Below are positions 17,681-26,711 of a stretch of DNA of 38,244 nt, piece after piece. The position numbers were made by a program, and so were the translations under genes. Position 1 is the stretch's first letter, and each line of letters begins with the position of its first letter. The stretch lies in the NCBI GenBank assembly GCA_050485745.1, contig JBJHBY010000004.1:1-38244 (forward strand), in the 5' to 3' direction. The stretch is from Gammaproteobacteria bacterium (lineage in GTDB: Bacteria > Pseudomonadota > Gammaproteobacteria > Pseudomonadales > CAMLJR01). The notes under the pieces are model-generated. The model was not told the origin of the DNA, searched no databases, and worked only from the letters and a program-made list of their open reading frames with translations.

Positions 17681-18220
17681 ATTGAGGATGATACGGCAAT
17701 CGAGGACCAAATGAAAAATGGCCCAGATACTTTGGCGACCATTTCTATGTCTACTGTCTGAGCCTGCCAGACGGTTACTCACTCTTTGGTATAAGGCCTG
17801 GGTTCGCTGAGGGGCTTAGATTTTCCACACATTAACTCAACGGATTGTCTGACCCCGGGCCTTTTCTGTGGCTGCAAATCGGCCTTGAGCCTTGGACCCG
17901 TTTACTGCCCCGACACGCTTTATCGTCGCGTTAATACGCGGCACAGGCATGTGCCGCCATTGCTCGATAGTCAATTTAATCTTTTTAAATACAATGATTT
18001 ACTTGTTTACCCCTCAGCATTTCAGATGCGTACATGCCGGCAGTCATCGAGTCCTGTCAGCGTACCAGGCTGATAATGTCACCGCTTGTTGACTTGCTGC
18101 CGGAAGCTGGGGAACAATCCATTGCCATGGTCCAGATGCATGGCAGTCTCAGGGCGGCTGTGTCTTGCTGCGGTGCCGGCGGTGTCCGGCGCATGAATCA
18201 CGATGAAGGGGGAACTTCCG

Positions 18221-18775
18221 ATGGATACACAACAGGCCGGTGCCGCCGGCAAGAGCAACGGCAGCCGCCGTGGGATCGAGGTATTTCGTGCCGCCGATGG
18301 CGAGCCGCTGAGCGAAACACAGATGCCGATGGAAGGCATCGATGAAAGCGTCATGGCAGGTTTCGCCAAGTTGATGGAGGCCGGCGGTGCCGAGGCCGGT
18401 GGCGAAGTGGTGCGCTGCCTGTTCAGGGAGCCGCAGGACGATGGCCTCAGCCTCTGTTATGCCTGGTTCAAGAGTGGCTTTATCCTGCCGCGTCACTCCC
18501 ACGATGCGGACTGCGTGTACTACATCATTGGCGGTGAGCTGAAACTGGGTAACCAGGTGCTGCGCAAGGGGGATGGCTTTTTCGTACCCTGTGACGCGCC
18601 CTACAGCTACCAGGCAGGCCCGGAAGGCGTGGAAGTCCTGGAGTTCCGCAACGCCGCCCGGTTCAATATCCTGTTCAAGAACAACGACGAGGCGCACTGG
18701 GAGCGCATGGCGGAGTCCTTCCGCAGCAATGCACCGAAGTGGCAGACCGAGACCGTCCCGCCCTCGGACCGTTGA
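18221..18775 (+). CDS. cupin-domain protein
   Basis: PRHSHDADCVYYIIGGEL and GDGFFVP..PY cupin motifs; ATG after AAGGGGG. Confidence 0.8.
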   Translation: MDTQQAGAAGKSNGSRRGIEVFRAADGEPLSETQMPMEGIDESVMAGFAKLMEAGGAEAGGEVVRCLFREPQDDGLSLCYAWFKSGFILPRHSHDADCVYYIIGGELKLGNQVLRKGDGFFVPCDAPYSYQAGPEGVEVLEFRNAARFNILFKNNDEAHWERMAESFRSNAPKWQTETVPPSDR

Positions 18776-18926
18776 GCGACGATCCGCCGTCACATGGCAC
18801 AGGAGGTGTCGCGTCTGGCCTCGCCTGACCTGAACCAGGCTTTGCCGGGCCGGGCCATTGCTCCGTGCACAATCGGCGAAGTCAGGCTATTTTTTCATGG
18901 GTCTTCCGTTTTACAGGCATCAAGGC

Positions 18927-19322
18927 ATGAAAAAAGTCCCGTTCCCGCTTTTGCCTCCCCTGGCGCTGACAGTCTTCGGGGTGCTGGCCGGCTGCGCCGC
19001 GCCGGGCAACAAGCCACTGGTTCAGCCGGGCACGGAGGTGGGGGTGATTGAAGTCCGCAACGCCGTCGACCGGGCCATTGTCGACCTGCGCATCGGGCGC
19101 TGTGGAGACACCCTTGGCTTTGGTTCGGACTACGGTTACGACCGCCTCGAGGGCCGCCGAATCGAGCCCGGCCAGGCGTTGCGCTTCGACGCTTCCTACG
19201 GTTGCTACAACGTCTCGGCCCTGAGCGGCAGCAACTCGTTCTTTGGTACCAGTCGCGAGCACTTTGGCACCGTGGTGGTGAATGAGAGCAACGTGGGGAT
19301 CGGCGTCTGGACGGTGCGCTGA
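18927..19322 (+). CDS. lipoprotein of unknown function
   Basis: MKK, hydrophobic stretch, lipobox LAGC; small beta-rich mature domain with 2 further Cys. Confidence 0.75.
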   Translation: MKKVPFPLLPPLALTVFGVLAGCAAPGNKPLVQPGTEVGVIEVRNAVDRAIVDLRIGRCGDTLGFGSDYGYDRLEGRRIEPGQALRFDASYGCYNVSALSGSNSFFGTSREHFGTVVVNESNVGIGVWTVR

Positions 19323-19341
19323 GTACGTCCGCCGGGACAAT

Positions 19342-19360
19342 GGCCCACCCGGGGTGGGCC
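19342..19360. terminator. hairpin between convergent lipoprotein and aceA genes
   Basis: GGCCCACC (19342-19349) / GGTGGGCC (19353-19360) inverted repeat; no clear U-tract. Confidence 0.4.
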
Positions 19361-19382
19361 GACGCGCGAGGCCTGGATGGTC

Positions 19383-20981
19383 TCAGGCAAACTGGTTCAT
19401 GGTGTTCAGGGCACCACCGGCCTTCAGTGCCGCCTCCCCGGCGAAGTACTCCTTGTGGTCGTCGCCGATGTTACTGCCGGCCATATCCTGGTGCCTGACC
19501 GCGGCGATGCCCTCGCGGATCTCGCGTCGCTGCACTTCCCGGACATAGGCCAGCATGCCATCCTCACCGAAGTAGCCCCGTGCCAGGGAGTCCGTGGACA
19601 GGGCCGCGGTGTGATAGGTGGGCAGGGTGATCAGGTGGTGGAACACCCCCGCCCGCAGCGAGGCCTCGCGCTGGAAGGCGCGGATGCGGGCATCCGCCTC
19701 GCGGGCGAGATCGGTATCGTCGTAGTCCTCGCTCATCAGGCGCGCGGCGTCGTAGCCCGCGACATCACGGCCCTCGGCGTGCCAATCCTCAAGGACCTGC
19801 TGACGAAAGTTCAGCGTCCAGTTGAACGACGGGCTGTTGTTGTAGACCAGCCTGGCACCGGGCACGACCTCGCGGATGCGTGCCATCAGTTGCGCAATCT
19901 GCTCCACATGGGGCTTCTCTGTTTCGATCCAGAGCAGATCCGCACCGTGCTGCAGGCTGGTGATGCAGTCCAGGACCACGCGCTCCTCACCGCTGCCGGG
20001 GCGAAACTGGAACAGGCCCGAGGGCAGGCGCCGCGGGCGTACCAGGGCGTCACCCTGGCGGATCACCACGTCGCCATTGGCAATATCCGCCGCGCTGTGG
20101 ATCACCTCGCCATCGAGAAAACTATTGTAGCGATCCCCGAGATCACCCGGTTCCCGGGTCACCGCGATCTGCCGGGTGAGGCTGGCGCCGAGTGAGTCGG
20201 TGCGGGCCACGATCACGCCGTCCTCGACCCCCAGCTCCAGAAACGCGTAGCGCACCGCCCGGATTCGCGCCAGGAACTCCTCATGGGGCACGGTGACCTT
20301 GCCGTCCTGGTGACCGCACTGTTTCTCATCGGAGACTTGGTTCTCGATCTGGATGCAGCAGGCGCCGGCCTCGATCATTTTTCTGGCCAGCAGATAGGTG
20401 GCCTCGGCGTTGCCAAAGCCGGCGTCGATGTCGGCAATGATCGGCACCACATGAGTCTCGAAGCCATCGATACGCTGCTCCACGGCGCGGGCGGCGATCT
20501 CGTCACCCCGGCTCCGGGCGCTGTCGAGTTCGCGGAACAACTGGTTCAGCTCACGGGCATCCGCCTGGCGCAGGAAGGTGTACAGCTCCTCGATCAGTGC
20601 CGGTACCGCAGTCTTCTCGTGCATTGACTGGTCTGGCAGTGGCCCGAAGGATGAGCGCATCGCCGCGATCATCCAGCCCGAAAGGTACAGGTAACGGCCG
20701 CGGGTGCTGCCGAAGTGGCGCTTGATTGCCAACAGCTTCTGCTGGCCAATGAAGCCGTGCCAGCAGCCCAGGGACTGGGTGTACTGCGTCGGGTCGGCAT
20801 CATAGGCGGCCATGTCGCGGCGCATGATGGCGGCGGTGTGGCGGGCGATGTCCAGTCCGGTGCGAAACCGGTTCTGCAGGCGCATGCGCGCGGCGGACTC
20901 GGGATTGATGGCCTGCCAGGTCGGGCCGTGGTCGGCGACCAGGCGGGCAGTGTGGCTGACTTCCTGTTTGTACTGTGGCAT
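19383..20981 (-). CDS. aceA: isocitrate lyase (long ~530-aa type)
   Basis: YLSGW, ADIDAGFG, catalytic EKQCGHQDGK, VARTDS, LWIET, YNNSPSFNW; start reassigned to ATG 20981 after AGGGA. Confidence 0.95.
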   Translation of the reverse strand: MPQYKQEVSHTARLVADHGPTWQAINPESAARMRLQNRFRTGLDIARHTAAIMRRDMAAYDADPTQYTQSLGCWHGFIGQQKLLAIKRHFGSTRGRYLYLSGWMIAAMRSSFGPLPDQSMHEKTAVPALIEELYTFLRQADARELNQLFRELDSARSRGDEIAARAVEQRIDGFETHVVPIIADIDAGFGNAEATYLLARKMIEAGACCIQIENQVSDEKQCGHQDGKVTVPHEEFLARIRAVRYAFLELGVEDGVIVARTDSLGASLTRQIAVTREPGDLGDRYNSFLDGEVIHSAADIANGDVVIRQGDALVRPRRLPSGLFQFRPGSGEERVVLDCITSLQHGADLLWIETEKPHVEQIAQLMARIREVVPGARLVYNNSPSFNWTLNFRQQVLEDWHAEGRDVAGYDAARLMSEDYDDTDLAREADARIRAFQREASLRAGVFHHLITLPTYHTAALSTDSLARGYFGEDGMLAYVREVQRREIREGIAAVRHQDMAGSNIGDDHKEYFAGEAALKAGGALNTMNQFA

Positions 20982-21064
20982 GGCGAATTCCCTGAAGGCG
21001 AGTGGTTGTTGAGTCATTGCCGGGCCAGGCTGGACAAACTGTAGGGCGGCGATCATGATTTTTG

Positions 21065-21103
21065 AAATCAATGTTTTTGATCTTCGCTATTCACGGGATG
21101 AAT
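21065..21103 (-). promoter_or_regulatory. bipartite LysR-type operator upstream of aceA (abuts lysR start)
   Basis: minus strand ATTCATCCCGTGAAT-N7-ATCAAAAACATTGAT; T-N11-A dyads; matched at the same spacing upstream of glcB. Confidence 0.7.
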
Positions 21104-21108
21104 TAACA

Positions 21109-22080
21109 ATGAACATCGAGCGTGTCGACCTGAATCTGCTGGTGTATCTGGATGTGCTGTTGCGCGAGCGCAACGTGACCCGGGCGGCCGAGTCCATTGG
21201 TCTCAGCCAGCCCGCGATGAGCAACGGCCTGCGTCGCCTGCGCGAGCTGTTCAACGACCCCCTGCTGGTGCGCACCAGCGAGGGTATGACGCCGACGGAG
21301 AAGGCGCGGCAGCTGCAGCCGCTGGTGGGCGATGCCCTGCAGACGCTGCAGCGCGCCCTGCAGACCAGCGCCGGATTCGAGCCCGCGGAGGCCAGCCGCG
21401 TGTTCCGCATCATGGTCAGTGACTACACCGAGGCCACCCTGATTCCGGCGCTGCTCGCGCAGTTGCACCGGGAGGCGCCGGGCATCGTGCTCGACATCCT
21501 GGCCCCCAGCGACATGAGCTTCGAGGATGTGGAGCGGGGCAAGGTCGACATGGTGATCAACCGCTTCGACAGCCTGCCGCAGTCCTTCCACCAGGTGACC
21601 CTGTGGCGTGACACCTACGCCTGTGTACTGGGTCGCGACAACCCGGTGCTGGGGGATTTCAATTTTGAAACCTACCTGGCAGCGGATCACGTCTGGGTCA
21701 GCAAGACCGGCTGGGGCGCGGGCATGGGGATCCATCCCGGTGACGCCAATCGCCTGGGCTGGGTGGATACGGCCCTGAAACAGCTCGGCCGCAGCCGCAA
21801 CATCAAGATCTTTACCCGGCACTACCTCTCGGCGATGTTGCTGGCGCGGCAGCGCAACCTGATCGTCACGGTGCCCAGCAAGGCCGCGCGCGTGGTGGCC
21901 AGCGAGGCCGACGTGGTGGTGCGGCCTCCGCCGTTTCCGATTCCCGCCATCGAGCTGAAGATGGCCTGGTCCCCGATCCTGCAACACAACCCGGCTCATC
22001 GCTGGATGCGACGGGTGCTCACCGAGCTGGCCAGTGAGATCGACCGGTGCAGCCGCGAGGAGGGCGCAGCCATTTGTTAG
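21109..22080 (+). CDS. LysR-family transcriptional regulator, divergent from aceA
   Basis: DLNLLVYLDVLLRERNVTRAA..LSQPAMSNGLRRLR HTH; DPLLVRT; PAHRWMR C-terminus. Confidence 0.93.
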   Translation: MNIERVDLNLLVYLDVLLRERNVTRAAESIGLSQPAMSNGLRRLRELFNDPLLVRTSEGMTPTEKARQLQPLVGDALQTLQRALQTSAGFEPAEASRVFRIMVSDYTEATLIPALLAQLHREAPGIVLDILAPSDMSFEDVERGKVDMVINRFDSLPQSFHQVTLWRDTYACVLGRDNPVLGDFNFETYLAADHVWVSKTGWGAGMGIHPGDANRLGWVDTALKQLGRSRNIKIFTRHYLSAMLLARQRNLIVTVPSKAARVVASEADVVVRPPPFPIPAIELKMAWSPILQHNPAHRWMRRVLTELASEIDRCSREEGAAIC

Positions 22081-22113
22081 CCTGCGCCCGGCGGGGACAC
22101 ATCCCTGTGCCGA

Positions 22114-22149
22114 CGATTAACCCGGCAATGTTCATCGCCGGGTTAATCG
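22114..22149. terminator. strong inverted repeat between lysR and glcB
   Basis: CGATTAACCCGGC (22114-22126) / GCCGGGTTAATCG (22137-22149), perfect 13-bp arms; no U-tract, so function is uncertain. Confidence 0.5.
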
Positions 22150-22175
22150 CCACCGTGCCGTTGCCATGCGGGGAT

Positions 22176-22214
22176 ATTCATTGGGTGAATGTTGGGAATA
22201 AAAAGCATTGCTTT
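22176..22214 (+). promoter_or_regulatory. bipartite LysR-type operator upstream of glcB
   Basis: ATTCATTGGGTGAAT-N7-ATAAAAAGCATTGCT, directly before a candidate TTGTCT-N18-TAACAT promoter. Confidence 0.7.
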
Positions 22215-22296
22215 GTCTGATGCGGAACATGCTGGCTAACATGCCTCCAACCCGACCGGATCGGGCCCGAGTGTCAACGTGAGAAGGAAAACCGTC

Positions 22297-24558
22297 ATGG
22301 CATCACTGCTTGTTGAGAGGCCCCGCCTCGTCGCCTACATCGATATCGCCGGCCTGCAGGTCCATCCCCGCCTGCAGCATTTCGTGGAGCAGGAGCTGCT
22401 GCCGGGCAGTGGTGTGGGCGCGGACCAGTTCTGGTGGGGCCTGCAGCGGCTGGTGGCGCAGTTCGCCCCGGAAAACCGGCGCCTGCTGCGGCAGCGCGAG
22501 GTGTTGCAGCAGCGCATTGACGAGTGGCACCTGGGGCATCGGGGTCGCCACCATGACCAGGACGCTTACGTCGCCTTTCTGCGCGAGATCGGTTATCTGT
22601 TGCCGGAGGGTGAGGACTTCTGCATCGGCACCGACGACGTGGACGACGAGATTGCCTTGCAGGCCGGCCCGCAACTGGTGGTGCCGGTCATGAACGCGCG
22701 CTTTGCCCTGAATGCCGCCAATGCACGCTGGGGCAGCCTGTACGATGCACTCTATGGCAGTGATGCCATTCCTGAAGACGATGGCGGGGGGCGTGAAGGC
22801 CCCTACAACCCGGTGCGCGGTGCCCGGGTGATCGCCCGGGGGCGCGCCTTTCTCGACGCGCACTTCCCTCTCGCCACGGCCAGTCACGCCGATACCGTCG
22901 CCTACCGGGTTCGCGATGGCCAACTGGTGGCGACCCTGGCCGACGGCACTGACACCGCGCTGGTGGCGCCCGCCCAGTTCCGCGGCTACCGCGGTGAGGT
23001 AGAGGCCCCCGAGGTGCTGTTGCTGCGCAATCCCGGCCACAATCCCGGTTGCGAGGGCGGGCTGCATGTCGAGCTGCTCATCGATCGCGGCCATCCGGTG
23101 GGGGCGACGGATGCCGCGGGCATCTGCGATATCCAGCTCGAGGCGGCGCTGACGACAATCATGGACTGCGAGGACTCCGTCGCCGCCGTCGATGCCGAGG
23201 ACAAGGTCCAGGTCTACCGCCACTGGTTGGGTCTGATGCAGGGGTCCCTGAAGGAGGCCATCCACAAGGGCAGCACCACTTTCGTACGCAGTCTCAACCC
23301 GGATCGCCACTATCGCGGTGCGGATGGCGCGGAGCTGACACTGCCCGGGCGCAGCCTGCTGTTCGTGCGCAACGTCGGCCTGCTGATGACCACGCCGGCG
23401 GTGCTGGACGAGCATGGCGCGGAAATCCCCGAGGGTATTCTCGATGGCCTGGTCACTGCCGCGGCTGCCCTGCACGACCTGCGCGGGGACGGCCGCCTGC
23501 GCAATTCGCGGCGTGGCAGTGTCTACATCGTCAAGCCCAAACTGCATGGCCCCGAGGAAGTGGCCTTCAGCAATGCCCTGTTCGATCGTATCGAGGACGT
23601 GCTGGGCCTGCGTCGCCACACTCTCAAGATGGGCATCATGGATGAGGAGCGACGCACCTCGGCCAATCTCAAGGCCTGTATTCGTGCGGCGAAAGATCGC
23701 GTGGTGTTCATCAATACCGGCTTTCTCGATCGCACCGGTGATGAGATCCACACGGCGATGGAGGCGGGGGCCTTTCTGCCCAAGGCGGAACTCAAGACAC
23801 AGCCCTGGCTGGCGGCGTATGAGCGCCGCAATGTGGCCATCGGGCTGGCCTGTGGCCTGGCCGGGCGCGCTCAGATCGGCAAGGGCATGTGGCCGGTGCC
23901 GGATCACATGGCCGCCATGCTCGAAGCCAAGATTGCGCATCCGCGCGCTGGTGCCAGTACCGCCTGGGTGCCGTCTCCGACGGCCGCGGTGCTGCACGCC
24001 CTGCACTACCATGCGGTGGACGTGGCCACAGTCCAGGCGCTGGCGGACACTGCCCAGAGTGCACCGCTGGAAACGATGTTGAGTCTGCCCCTGTTGGGAG
24101 AGCGCCACCTCGACGAGGCGGAAATCCAGCGCGAACTTGAAAACAATATTCAGGGCATTCTTGGCTATGTGGTGCGCTGGGTGGAGCAGGGCATCGGTTG
24201 CTCCAAGGTGCCGGACATCGACGACGTCGGGTTGATGGAGGATCGCGCCACCCTGCGCATCTCCAGCCAGCACCTGGCCAACTGGCTGCACCACGGTCTC
24301 TGCACCGAGGCTCAGATCATGGCGACCCTGGAACGCATGGCCGCGGTGGTGGACCGGCAAAATGCCGGGGATCCGGACTATCAGCCGATGGGCCCCGCAT
24401 ACCTGCAAAGCCTGGCGTTCTGTGCAGCGCGGGACCTGATCCTGCAGGGCAGGGAGCAGCCCAACGGCTATACCGAGCCGCTGCTGCACGCCTGGCGAAC
24501 GCGGGCCAAGTGGGAGCAGGGGCAGGCACGCCACCGCCCGGGCGCACGCGCCGGTTGA
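22297..24558 (+). CDS. glcB: malate synthase G
   Basis: [82 protein letters not shown]; ATG after AAGGA. Confidence 0.96.
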   Translation: MASLLVERPRLVAYIDIAGLQVHPRLQHFVEQELLPGSGVGADQFWWGLQRLVAQFAPENRRLLRQREVLQQRIDEWHLGHRGRHHDQDAYVAFLREIGYLLPEGEDFCIGTDDVDDEIALQAGPQLVVPVMNARFALNAANARWGSLYDALYGSDAIPEDDGGGREGPYNPVRGARVIARGRAFLDAHFPLATASHADTVAYRVRDGQLVATLADGTDTALVAPAQFRGYRGEVEAPEVLLLRNPGHNPGCEGGLHVELLIDRGHPVGATDAAGICDIQLEAALTTIMDCEDSVAAVDAEDKVQVYRHWLGLMQGSLKEAIHKGSTTFVRSLNPDRHYRGADGAELTLPGRSLLFVRNVGLLMTTPAVLDEHGAEIPEGILDGLVTAAAALHDLRGDGRLRNSRRGSVYIVKPKLHGPEEVAFSNALFDRIEDVLGLRRHTLKMGIMDEERRTSANLKACIRAAKDRVVFINTGFLDRTGDEIHTAMEAGAFLPKAELKTQPWLAAYERRNVAIGLACGLAGRAQIGKGMWPVPDHMAAMLEAKIAHPRAGASTAWVPSPTAAVLHALHYHAVDVATVQALADTAQSAPLETMLSLPLLGERHLDEAEIQRELENNIQGILGYVVRWVEQGIGCSKVPDIDDVGLMEDRATLRISSQHLANWLHHGLCTEAQIMATLERMAAVVDRQNAGDPDYQPMGPAYLQSLAFCAARDLILQGREQPNGYTEPLLHAWRTRAKWEQGQARHRPGARAG

Positions 24559-24672
24559 CGGCCGCGTGAAAATCGGGATTGATAGCGCACGCGCGCGCTG
24601 TGGCACTCCCGTCCGGCGGGCTGCGCAGTCCGCCGGTGGTTGCACCGGATGGCACTCACCAGGACAGGACCA

Positions 24673-25125
24673 ATGAGCGCAACGCCATCACTCTGGGTAC
24701 TCGGGCATTGCATCCGCCCACTCGATACCGATGACAGCTACGGCATGATCGAGGTCACCTCGCCACCCGGGGTTCCCGGGCCACCGCCCCATTACCACAA
24801 GCGCGAGAACGAGTTCTTCTTTGTGATCAAGGGTAGCCTGGATGTGATGGCCAATGGTGAGTGGCGTCGCTGCGATGCCGGGCAGTTCGTCGATCTTCCT
24901 CCCGGAACGATCCACACCTTCATCAACAACACCACGACGGATGTCGTCTGGGTGACCGGCTGGCGGCCCAAGGGCTTCGAGCGTTTCTTCACCGAGTTCG
25001 GTATTCCCGCCTCCCGTGCCGACGCACGCGAGGCGTCCGTCTCTGGTCCGGTGGTACAGGCCGCGGTGAGCCAGGTGGAGGCCTACGGCATGTTTGTGGC
25101 GGCGAGTCACGACACCGGCGGTTGA
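24673..25125 (+). CDS. cupin-domain protein (quercetinase-like cupin_2)
   Basis: GPPPHYHKRENEFFFVIKG and GQFVDLPPGTIHTFIN, giving an H-H-E-H metal site. Confidence 0.85.
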   Translation: MSATPSLWVLGHCIRPLDTDDSYGMIEVTSPPGVPGPPPHYHKRENEFFFVIKGSLDVMANGEWRRCDAGQFVDLPPGTIHTFINNTTTDVVWVTGWRPKGFERFFTEFGIPASRADAREASVSGPVVQAAVSQVEAYGMFVAASHDTGG

Positions 25126-25186
25126 TCTGCGCAGGCCATAGGACACGGGGGATTTTCCCTCAGGCACGCAGAGGACGTGTGCATGC

Positions 25187-25453
25187 TCAATGACCACGCC
25201 GGTACACCTGCCGGCGATGGCCGACCATGACCACCGTGACGATCAATTCGTTGTCACTGATCTCGTAGAGGATCCGGTACACACCCTGGCGAACCCGGTA
25301 GCGCTCACGTCCCGAAAGCTTCTCGCAGCCGGGAGGGCGTGGCTGTTCCCGCAGTGCTTCGATGCGCTGAAGGATGCGGGTCACATCCTTCCCGGGTATG
25401 GCGCGGAGATCCCTCGCGACGGACTGCTTGATGACGAGTTTATAGCTTGCCAT
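25187..25453 (-). CDS. type II toxin, RelE/ParE (RelE/StbE) family
   Basis: 88 aa, PRPPGCEKLSG..YRVRQGVYRILYEI..VGHRRQVY; overlaps the antitoxin 3' end by 14 nt. Confidence 0.9.
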   Translation of the reverse strand: MASYKLVIKQSVARDLRAIPGKDVTRILQRIEALREQPRPPGCEKLSGRERYRVRQGVYRILYEISDNELIVTVVMVGHRRQVYRRGH

Positions 25454-25673
25454 GGGCCTTGAGGTCGTCGAGCAGGGCCTCATAGGTCATTGATGGCTCC
25501 GCGACACGCGCTTCGAATGCTGCAAGGTCTTCCTGATCCTCCGCCAGTGCAGCACGTACCGCGTCATTGACGATCTCGGAAACGCTGCGGTGACTGTGCG
25601 CGGCCTTCAGCCGCAGAGCGGTATGGATCTGCGGGTCGAAGTAGATGGTTGTGCGTTTCGGCATTTCGCTCAT
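25440..25673 (-). CDS. ribbon-helix-helix (CopG-like) antitoxin
   Basis: KRTTIYFD beta strand, helices LRLKAA..SVSEIVNDAVR, acidic C-terminus; GGAG RBS; immediately upstream of toxin. Confidence 0.85.
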   Translation of the reverse strand: MSEMPKRTTIYFDPQIHTALRLKAAHSHRSVSEIVNDAVRAALAEDQEDLAAFEARVAEPSMTYEALLDDLKAHGKL

Positions 25674-25711
25674 GGTCACTCCAGGATCGCGCCAGTGCCC
25701 GGTATGCCGGC

Positions 25712-25762
25712 ATCGTGGCGTCATAACGTCATAATGTCAAGATGCCATATCGCCATGCGTCA
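25712..25762 (-). promoter_or_regulatory. TA promoter overlaid by 8-bp tandem repeats (probable RHH operator)
   Basis: plus strand CGTCATAA CGTCATAA TGTCAAGA TGCCATAT CGCCATGC at 25719-25758; minus strand TTGACA (25740-25735), 17 nt, CACGAT. Confidence 0.6.
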
Positions 25763-25835
25763 GTGGTGCATCGGCGCTGCCGGCGACCCACCTCTGTGTT
25801 AGGGTGCCGTGGTGACCCAGACCCGAGGCAGCCCG

Positions 25836-26132
25836 ATGCCAGGTTCCGACACGCTTCAGCCGCGCCTGCAATACCTGCTGGACTGCTATTACCACCAGAG
25901 CTGGGCCCACGAGGTGGGCAGCCAGGATGAAACCCGCTTGTGGCGTCATTTCCTGAAGGAAGAGGGCGGCAAGGGCGACCCGGTATTGCGCGCCGAGGTG
26001 GACGCACTGCTTGCGGCCGGCCCCGAGGCGGCCCATCGTCGACTGCTCGAAGCCGATTGTGCCGGTCGCCACTGGGCCGGCCCTGAAGACGCTGTTGCCT
26101 GGTTGCGGCAGCTGGCGGCCTTTCTGCGCTGA
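25836..26132 (+). CDS. CdiI-like contact-dependent inhibition immunity protein (orphan)
   Basis: 98 aa; LQYLLDCYYHQSW resembles the Y[FY]HQDW motif of a CdiI family, with a C-terminal WLRQLAAFL helix; GAGG RBS. Confidence 0.55.
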   Translation: MPGSDTLQPRLQYLLDCYYHQSWAHEVGSQDETRLWRHFLKEEGGKGDPVLRAEVDALLAAGPEAAHRRLLEADCAGRHWAGPEDAVAWLRQLAAFLR

Positions 26133-26165
26133 TTCGCCCGGCCGCGTTGATTCACTCCGTGCCCC

Positions 26166-26197
26166 TTGACTCTGGAGTTAACTCCAGGGTTTATCCT
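26166..26197 (+). promoter_or_regulatory. ZntR-type MerR promoter/operator
   Basis: TTGACT, 20-bp spacer holding the perfect dyad CTGGAGTTAACTCCAG, TATCCT; closely matches the E. coli zntA promoter as I recall it. Confidence 0.9.
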
Positions 26198-26261
26198 GCC
26201 CCCATGATGCAATGACTCGGCAGCCTGTGGCGCGCCGGTCATCCGATTCGGGGAGGGTTGC

Positions 26262-26711
26262 ATGAAGATCGGAGAATTGTCGCGACGGCATGACCTGAGC
26301 GCGGATGCGGTGCGCTTTTACGAGAAACAGGGCCTGCTCAGCCCAGGCGCGCGCAGTGCCGCGGGTTACCGTCTCTACAGCCAGGCCGACAGCCTGCGCC
26401 TGGCCTTTATCCTGCGCGCGAAGGCAGTAGGTTTCAGTCTGCAGGAAATCCGTGAACTGCTCGCCATCGAAGACAACAAGTCCCGCTGGCAGTGCGCCGA
26501 CGTCAAGGACCGGGTGCAGGAAAAATTACAGCACATCGAGCGACAGATGGCCGAGCTGCAACAGTTCCAGCACGCCCTGAGGCAACTGGATGAAGCCTGC
26601 TGCGGCGGCCCGATCAGCGCTACCGAGTGCTCCATCCTTGCCGCGCTGGAACAGGGGGGCGCGGTGGTGGAAGAGGTCCATGGTCCTGACGGGGGGCGGC
26701 GTCATGGCTGA
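26262..26711 (+). CDS. zntR: Zn(II)-responsive MerR-family regulator
   Basis: MKIGEL..VRFYEKQGLL..GYRLY HTH; WQCADVK and ACCGG..ECSIL Cys pattern of ZntR; cognate operator directly upstream. Confidence 0.85.
   Translation: MKIGELSRRHDLSADAVRFYEKQGLLSPGARSAAGYRLYSQADSLRLAFILRAKAVGFSLQEIRELLAIEDNKSRWQCADVKDRVQEKLQHIERQMAELQQFQHALRQLDEACCGGPISATECSILAALEQGGAVVEEVHGPDGGRRHG

Larger units (their letters stand above)
9685..18010. mobile_element. probable horizontally acquired island / decayed element carrying a defence gene
   Basis: AT-rich edges at about 9700-9770 and 17680-18010, different codon style (frequent AGA/AGG/ATA and A/T-ending codons), pseudogene debris; no intact integrase or transposase; boundaries approximate. 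Confidence 0.55.

Noticed and set aside
22303-24645. 780-aa minus-strand ORF
   Set aside because: Antisense shadow of glcB
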